DNA of 64,000 nucleotides. Origin: Candidatus Danuiimicrobium aquiferis. Its GTDB lineage: Bacteria > Omnitrophota > Omnitrophia > Omnitrophales > Danuiimicrobiaceae. The notes beneath the pieces are model-generated. The model saw only the letters and a list, made by a program, of their open reading frames with translations, was not told the origin of the DNA and ran no database searches. Below are positions 39,601-48,600 of the stretch, piece by piece. A program made the position numbers and the translations under genes. Within the stretch, counting starts at the first letter, position 1; each line of letters begins with the position of its first letter. Location of the stretch: NCBI GenBank assembly GCA_001804285.1, contig MHFR01000048.1, positions 43,622-107,621 of the forward strand, in the 5' to 3' direction.

Positions 39601-42600
39601 AACTACATGATTTCAAACAAGACGAACAGAATAAAACCCAGTTGAGGGCTATTTGCAATAGACTTTTATCGAGGATTAAAGAGAAGAAATTAAGCGCGGA
39701 GCAAAAGAGGCAGTATTATCGCATTTTGGGGAAGATATACTTGCTAATGAGCCAAAAGGGAAGAAATGAGACTTATATGCCTTATGTTGTGGCATTAAAA
39801 ATTGCTGTGTTTCAGGAAGTTAATGCCGTGATTATCTCAAAAAGTTACGATTTAAAAAAATTGAAAGAACATCTTCGGTATCCCCAAAAATCAGATGCGA
39901 TTCAAAAACGAGTTGCGGCATTCGTAATCGGACAAGCGCGGCATGAGCCGAAGGATATTCCCGAAATCGTTGAGGCGTTGGGGGATCAGCTGATTAAAAG
40001 CGATGATTATCATGTCAGAGCAGAATGCGCGAAAGCTCTTGGATTAATCCGGCATTCAAAGGGGAAATCTTATTTGTTCATGTCGTTTTTTAGCACGAAG
40101 GAAACAGATTCAAGCGTGAAGGAATGGGTGGAATGGGCACTTGCCAGATATAATGTTAATTGGGAAGCGAATGCCGAGGCATATTATGAGAAAGAGCTTT
40201 TACCGATCCAGAGAAGAATTGAACAATTTGAAAGAATAACGGATTTGCGGAAAAGCACCCAACCCCGGCCGGCTTTTTGGGAACAAATCAAAGAAGGGCT
40301 GCAGTCTTTTCAGTCTTTATATAGAAAAGCCGGGCAGACTTATTTTGAATATGCACAAATGAAGCGGATGGAAGGGGATGATGAAACGGCTCTTAAACAT
40401 TATAAAGAAGCGATCAATTTGCTCGGCAAAGCGGGGTGGGAGGGCAATGCATTTCCATTTATTGTTCAACAGGAAATCGCTGAAATCTATTGGACGTTAA
40501 ATCAACCGGCGAAAATGCGTGAAGCACTTTTAAAGATGATTTTACCCGGCGCAGCATTTGAATTGGTCAAAGGCAAGGAGATAAAAGAGCAACGAAACAT
40601 TCAAGATTTCTTGATGCCGATTGAAATATACCAGCGATTGGCGTTTGAGCGGTTTTTCATCTGGAATGGATTTAAACCGGAAACGGCAGAAGTGATGGCG
40701 GCCGCGCTGAATCATTATATTGAGAGGAAATATAATGAACTCATACACGATTTTGGTTATGTCGGCAAAATGGACGAAGTCGATGCCAGGGAGCAACTGA
40801 TTCGAAAAGATATTGAAATTCTTGAAGAAATTAATAAAAAAATTATCCCAAAACTTTACATCGAAGATGAAAAAGCAGGAAAAATTCCATTTCTCAAATT
40901 AATGATTCTGGTGACAACCAATATGTATTATCAGCGCTTTCCCAAACTCATGCAATGGATTGTTCAAACTTTGAGCGAAGAAAAAATTCCACCGGAAATT
41001 CAAAAGCCGACCAATCCGGAAGCAAAATTCCTTCAGGATCTTTTTGTGGAAATTGGGCTTATCCAGGGTTCGAACGAGGGGGCGGCCGGCGGACGTAGCG
41101 AAATCCGTTCAAAAGGGGAAGAGTATCTTAATAGGCATGCGTTGATCAATGAATTTGGGACATTCAAAAGAGCGAATTTAGAAAAAGAATTTATGCCATT
41201 CCTGAATCAGCTGAAGTCGCAAGACTCCGTGCTGATTGAACGTGGATTCGAGAACATCAAACAACATTTAAATGCGGAGCTTAAACGGGCGAAGCAGCTT
41301 AGCAGACAGGATGAAGCGAAACGAGTGCGTTCGTTTGTGGCCGGAAGACTCGTTGCGATGATCCCGAGAATGAAGGAAAGATACATTCCGAATGTAGTCG
41401 AACTCTATGAAATACTTTTAGGGTCGATGACTTATTCCGTTTCCAGGTATCTTGGGTCGGGCGTCGCGCGTGACCCGGAAACGCAGATCCGTATCCGTCT
41501 TTTAAAGATTCTGCAGAAAGGCTCTGAAACCGGCACGCGGCCAAATATTGCAATCAGTATTCTTAAAAGTGAAACATTCGCAGGCAGTCGCGGTTTATTA
41601 AAGACTGAACCGGAAAAAGAATATTTGAAAATTGTTGATCAAACTATTTTAAAACGGATCGCGAAGGCATTCCGCGCGGGAGATGCGAGGCAACGTTTGT
41701 CGCTACTTCAGGACCTGCTCGAAGGAGTGCGCGCGTCGAAAGGTTTCGCAATCGAAGTTTCAAATCAGTCTTTATCCTCGCTTTTGGTCGGGGTTCTTGG
41801 CCGTTTCCGTTTTTCAGTTGAGGAATCAATCATCATGAATGAAATTAAAAAGACCGTGGAAAACCAGGCAGCTTCTCCGCTCATCCGGCAAGTTCGTAGG
41901 GCGATGGTTTTCGGGATGCTCAATCCGCCTGTCTATCAAAATCTTGACGATATATATTTTTATGATTCCGACCGGGCCATCTATCACGCGGCTATTCTTT
42001 TGGAGCATGGATTGATTCCGTTGATTCATTTGCCTGTTTTTGCATCGGGCATACAAGACAAAAATGATTTGCATAAAGAGCAGAAATATTCCGAACAAAT
42101 TTTTTCCGGGATTAAACGGCTAAGAAAAGAAAATCCAAAAGCGCTTTTGGCGGTGGGTGGAATTAAAAATTTTCAAGCCGCAATGAGAGCTGTCGAAAAC
42201 GGAGTGAATGTATTATTTGTTTCAAAATCACTGTCTTCGAGGCAGATTAAAAAATTAAAGTGGTATGCGGAAAAAATTCATCCGGAAAATCCGGATATTT
42301 TGGTCCTTTCAGGTGTTGAACGGGGTAAGAAAATGACACGGGGGCTAAATCGGCAAACAGGCGGCGGATTTCTGGCGCTCGATAAGCCTGAGGAAGCTGC
42401 GGTAAACGAAGATGAGATTCAGCGGCTGAAAAGGCTTCAAGAAAAACGCCCGCAAAATGTCTTCGGTTTTTATTGGTTGTTTTTAAACCGAGCGGTTGAA
42501 GAAGCTATGAAAACACCGGCCGATTTTATAGTGGTAGATGCGGAATTTTCTTTAGGGACTCAAGCCGAGATCACTGCGCAATGGCTCGAAAATTTGAAGA

Positions 42601-45600
42601 ATGAAACGATCCAACAGAGAATACGCCAGCGCCGACTGGATAAAAGAACGGTTTCTGGAAAACCGGAAGGACGGGCCGAGGTTCGTAACCTTGAAAGTAA
42701 TTCCAATCGGTTATCAACAGGGACGAACGAAAGTACTTTTAAACTTCCGAAGAGAAGTTTAAAACGTGCCGAAGCTCGGTCCCCGATAGCTGATTTGGCG
42801 AAAAAAGGTCAAGTAGCGAACATGTTTTCCGAGGAAGATCCGTCTGTGGTTTATTTGGCGGCGAAAAAAATGAAAGATGCGGCGGGAACCGTTCTTGCCC
42901 ACCGGATGAGTGCGATCGATAAAGACTTGGTTGGGCCAGTTTTTGGATTGGTGATCGAAACGGATGAGGGGCAATCCTTTCTGATTCAACGGTTGGCTGA
43001 AGGAACTTTTGACGAGAACATTCAAACCAGAGAATGGATTGCGGTTCATACGGTTCAGGAAACCCGCGCCGGACCGGAAACAGACGATCAAAGTTGGACG
43101 ATTATTTCAGAGCAGCCTCAGTATCTTACCACACCGGAAGCCATTCAAAATATCCGCTTAGGCGAACATGTTCAAATTGCTTATCAGCAAAAAACAGAAA
43201 AAAATCAGGCAGCAATTATTTTAACCGCACCCAATTCAACAGATCGCCGGAAACTAACCATTTATTCAGTTGAGATTCTTCCGGAAGGAATTCAAGCGGT
43301 AGACTCGACGGCTGATGACGCGGAGGCTATAGATCCTTATTTATATGATTTTCAAGATCAAGAACCGGGGAGCGCTGTTGTAGAAGAGAGAGCGCCGAAG
43401 CGAACGGTTCCTGATTTTTCTGATACCTTAGCGCCAAAAGCCAAAAAGGCGCCTCGTTCTTTTGCTTCGGCTAAGAAAAGAATTTTCCGCGCGTTGAAAC
43501 GAATTCCGTTTTTATTCTTTGTTTTTCTGATTGGCGGAAGCGTTGTCCTTTCTTATTTTTATATTCACAGCCTTGAAACAGAAACGATGCGAGGCGTTAC
43601 ATATCAGCATCTTCCTTTTGTTGCAAGCCAGATTGAATGGAAAGATTTAACTCGCGAAAGATATTTATCCAATAATCCGAATTCAACGGTAGATGATGTG
43701 TTGACGTCCGAACTTGCCGAGCCCATACGAATGCTTGCCCAATATAATCAGCAACGGTGGCTTCAGATTTACCGGATTGAAATTGCGAATGCAAAAGTTC
43801 CCGTATCTCAGCCGGCGCAAACCGGAAACAATTTTCGTGTCGGGGCAACTCCTGTTTCCAACGAAACAAAACCAGCCCTTCAAATCGGTGTTTTTCATGA
43901 CCGGACATTGGGGGAACCCAACCCGCCATTTCCGCAGGAAACGATTGTCTCCCTTGATCCGTTAGATCGTAAAGCACTGCATCAGTTTAAAGTGGCGGTG
44001 TATGGGAAGCCGGCCGCGCAATACAACTTGGATTTTGCTCGTCAGCAAAAAGATGCCATTACCTATTGGACATATTTTTATTTATTTGCCGGTGTCATTA
44101 TTTTTGCCGCGGGATTGGTCAGTGAATTTGTATTCCGCAAAAGCCGAATTATCAGGCGTGAAAATATTCGCGCGGACCGACGAGAGAGAAACGCACGCGA
44201 ATTCCGGCAAGCCGAAGGTCATTCGGGGCGAACAGAAGGCGGTGAACGAGGAAGGGCCGAAGTGCGTGCCGCGAAAAACGTTTTTAGATTAAAGGTAGTT
44301 GTGGTCCCGGGGCTTAGCCGGTACCGTGAAATTGAAGGCCATCAGGTTTTTACAAAGCCTTTGGCGGATATGACGGATGAGATGAGGCGGAAACTCAACG
44401 AATGGTTTAAGCCGTTTATGGGAGAAGGCTTTTATCAATTTGTGACAACAACCGGAATGCCGGATTTTATATTTTTGACGAAAGTACAAATTGTGTCGGG
44501 AAATGTGATCAAGCAAACGTTGGAAGATGAGTCCGGCGCCGAGCCGGCGGAGGCTGACCAAAGCTATCAACTCATCACGTTTATTCCGCTAACACCTTTT
44601 GCTGTCCAGCAAACCGGTTTATTTAAAACATTGGTTCGCGAATATATGAAACAAGCCAATATAAAAGAGCCTATTTATTTTTTACGGAGCCATGTTTATC
44701 GGACAACCACTCCTGAAGTGAATATAGAACAAAAGGAAGAATCAAGAGAAATTACCATTACGCGTTCAGGGCATTCAAGCCTTGTGATTGAAGAAATGGG
44801 GCGTGCCGAAGGTCGCAACCTTGCACCGGAAAAGGGAACAGGCATATTACTCAAAAGAGAACAATTGCCTGTCCCCTTTTCCGGTAAATCCGAGCTGCGC
44901 CACATTGAAAATAGTTCCGAGTTTTCAGTTCCGAGTTTCAGGTTAGGACGAATGGATCAACTCGAAACTCAATTCAGGGCCGAAGCCCGTAACGAAATTG
45001 CTGCGGAACTCAATCCGGGATTGGAAGCAGTTTTTATCCGGGCGCCGAAGAACGTGCTGGCAGGTATTGTAAAAGAGCTTTATCCAACCGATGATGCACG
45101 CCGGACCGGATTCCTGAATTTAATCCAAAATCCGGAAGCGGATCACGATCGCTGGCTCCCCGTAGGCCATCGATTACTTCTCGGCTGGTGGAGAGAAGCG
45201 CCTTATGCGGGGACGATGGTTTTGACATTTGATTTGCGAAAATTAAATGCCGCGCAAATTCGGGAATTCAAGCGTAAACGCGAAGGAAAGCACGCACTTG
45301 AAGGTGATTTCTGGCTTTACATTAATCGGGTTATCAGACGGATAACTGGCCAATCGATTGAGTTAGGCGGGGTTGAATCTGACGATAAGACGCTTTCTCC
45401 TGAAGAATTGCTTTTGCGATTGAAAATTCTTGAGCCAACCTGGACTTCCGGGAATATTGACGCACTGATTCACGTCGGAAATTTTTTCCGGGCAAAAGGA
45501 GATTTGGGACGTGCAGAGTTTTTTCTCAGAAAAGCAGCGGAGCTTCTTCCGGAAAACGAAGATTCGTTTTGGCGGGATCAACAGGCGAAAAAAATAATTA

Positions 45601-48600
45601 ATATTCTCACGGCTGCTTATGAAAATGTGGCAACAGAATATATTAAAATCGGGGATCGCGACAGTTTGCAAAAAGCCAGAACGCTTTTGGATTTTGTCTT
45701 CTATGGATTACTTAATCAATATCCTTTAAAGGATTCAGTTGCCCGCGTGGCCGGTCGTTATAATCAGCTCGTCGGTATTTTATATCACAGAGATTTAAGA
45801 GATGCAGGGGATGCGTTAAAGAAAGAAATCAGTTTGCTTAGGCAATATCGGGTGGCATCGCGGGTACCCGAACAGGCAAAATATGTGTTTGGAACAACCT
45901 TGAAATTAATTCGGGCATACTGGGGAGAATCGCCGTCGACATGGGGTCTTCGCACTTATCAAAATAGACACGAAGGAGCGATGCGTAGGCGTGACGATGC
46001 GATCGAATGGATGAAAATAGCGGAAACATTAACGGGAGATCCCGAATTTAGGGCTCATATGACGGATGCGCAAATCCGGGATTTTGAAAAAATGAAAACA
46101 TATTATGGCGGTTTGCAAGGGGAGTTCAGCTGGATCACAAATGGTGACTATGGCACTCCCGGACATATGATGCTGGAATTCCGGGGTGCAATGCATCATC
46201 AGGATATTCAAGCGATTCAGCGGCGTTCACCTTTAGTGTTAAAGCATATTGAGTATTGCAGGAATAATAGAACAAACAGGAGATTACAGCCCCAAGAGCG
46301 GCTGATCATGCGCGAAATTCGTTCGTTTGAGAAACGGCATGAGTGGGATGATGTTAACCGTTCAGAAGACGAAACGCGGAGGTCGGAAGCGCGCGAGGAA
46401 TCTGCCGAGAAACGCGAACTTCCCGAAGAAATACAAGCGGCGGTTGAATTAATTCGTCAGGCAATGGAATCATTCCAAGCCGGAACAAAAGAACGGGAGC
46501 GAATGAAATGGGCTTATCAGTATTTTACGGAATTATTTCAAAAAGGAAAACTCCGGATTGAAATTATCGAAGGCTATGAGACATTTGCAAGTAAAGGCAG
46601 TACGGATCATGACCCAATGGTGATCAAGGTCGGGGCGCAAAATCTCGCAAGCCCCGAAATTACGGCGCGGGCGCTTATTGTTGGATTTTATTTGCTGTAT
46701 TTAAAGCCGGAAAATAAAACGGAACCGGTCTTTAAAAAGACGGTAATTGGAAAAGCAAAGTGGTTAACGGAAAAGACGGATTTTCATTTTCCTAAAACGC
46801 CGGCAGAAAAAAGCGAAGAAGGGGCGTTGCGGGCAATTGGGCCTCAAACGGTAAAAGAGTTGGGTGAACTTAAAGATCATTTGGCGTCGATCCGGTCGGA
46901 GTCCGCAAAAGAAGCGGCGCGTGATGCAAGGAATGTTCAAGTTGATCCTGTGATGGTTCAGGCCTTGCAACAGTTTGCGAATGAGAGCAAAGGCAATCTT
47001 ACGGAGGCGTGGCGGCTTTATGCCGAAATTCTGAATGAACATCTTGAACACCGGCAATCGGAAAAACTGGTTCAGTTTTTGACGCAATTTTTAAATACGT
47101 TTTTAATTGTGGTTGCCAAAAGGAGTACATTCCAGGACCTATTCTTAGAAGTCCCCGAATCATTTGCTGAAACGCTCATTGATTATTTTAATTCTCCCGC
47201 GCCGGGGCAGGGAGGGATTGATGATTACCGTGCATTACTTCTGGAATCAATTCGGTCCATTAATCCGGACGCATTGGACCGTTTCATCGGTAACAAAGCG
47301 CTTTTGTTTGGGATTGCAAAGATGATTGAATCGGCCGAGGTCAGTGTGAAAATTGCCCGCGGAAAAATATCATCGTCCCGGATTTCGGCAACTGCGGCCG
47401 CAGGCCGGCAAACATTAAGAGAATTAGCGGCCCAAGCGGGCGGAAATTTACTCCCGTTACTCGAAGGGGCGAGAGTGATTACGGATACAGGTCGTTTGCT
47501 TCCAGGTCCGGAACCGAGTGGTGCCGGTGCTGATGGTGTGCTGGCTCCGGGGACTGTCCGGCCCGTAAAAGATCATCTTCCCGTAAACGCGGAATATAAG
47601 GGTTTTCAGGCAGCGCTTCGAAATGCGCTTAAAGCGGCTTTAAAGAAAAAACCAATTCCGTCGTTTGTTGAATTTGCAGAACGCGAAGTCCCAAGGCTCC
47701 TTGAAAATATGCATCACGCATTTGAGCAAAGAGAGAACAAGATTCGCGGAGGGCTGGACGAGCTTTCTGAGTGGCTGAAATTCTTGCATAATCAGGTTGC
47801 GGGTGGCGGCCCCCTGAATGGGGATTGGGCAACTTTTATTTCTAAAACCGAGGGAGCAGAATTTCAAGGGGCCGGAAAAGATTTGGGAAAAGAAAAATTA
47901 TCCGAACTTTATACCGTTATTTTCCTTGCGCAAACGATTTATGCCTATTTGCATGCCGGCCGGTATCAAACGACTGCTGCCGATGCTCGCAATGAAATTA
48001 ATAATCGTTTAAAAGCGCTGGCTGAGAGCGAAGGGCCTCCTGTTTTTAGCGCGGTTCAGCAGTGGTTTACGCGTTTTGAGCATGACGTTCAAACGGCCGA
48101 AACGCAAGCGGCAACACAGGCATCGATTATTCAAGCAAGACGGGACGATTATGAAGCGCGGACAACCAAAGTGCGAAGGCCGAAAGAAGGGGCAGGGGCG
48201 GCGGCTCACGTGGAATCAAACGCTATTCCGGTGGCGGAAGAACCGCAGGCCATTGCTCAGGAGCCGACGTTTAAAGGATTTCAGCAACGGTTGGTCCATG
48301 CGAAACTGAATGCGACGATATTAAATGCGGACCGCGAAAAAGCAATGGCGACTTTGGTTTTCTTGGTTGCGGGTGAGGAGAAAAAAGGGCTTGAAGCCAT
48401 GCCGGCATATCTGGCAAGGACAAAAGACAATTATGACAAGGGACGGAGAACTTTGTTGATGCAGCTTCACCCGGATCGGTTAAGAAGAAAACCTACGGCG
48501 GTAGAACAGAAAATATATCAATTTTTTGATCAATACAAAGATTTTCCGGGAACCGGACAAGGATTTAAAACGGGCGGGGATTTCGGGACGCAGTTGGTTG

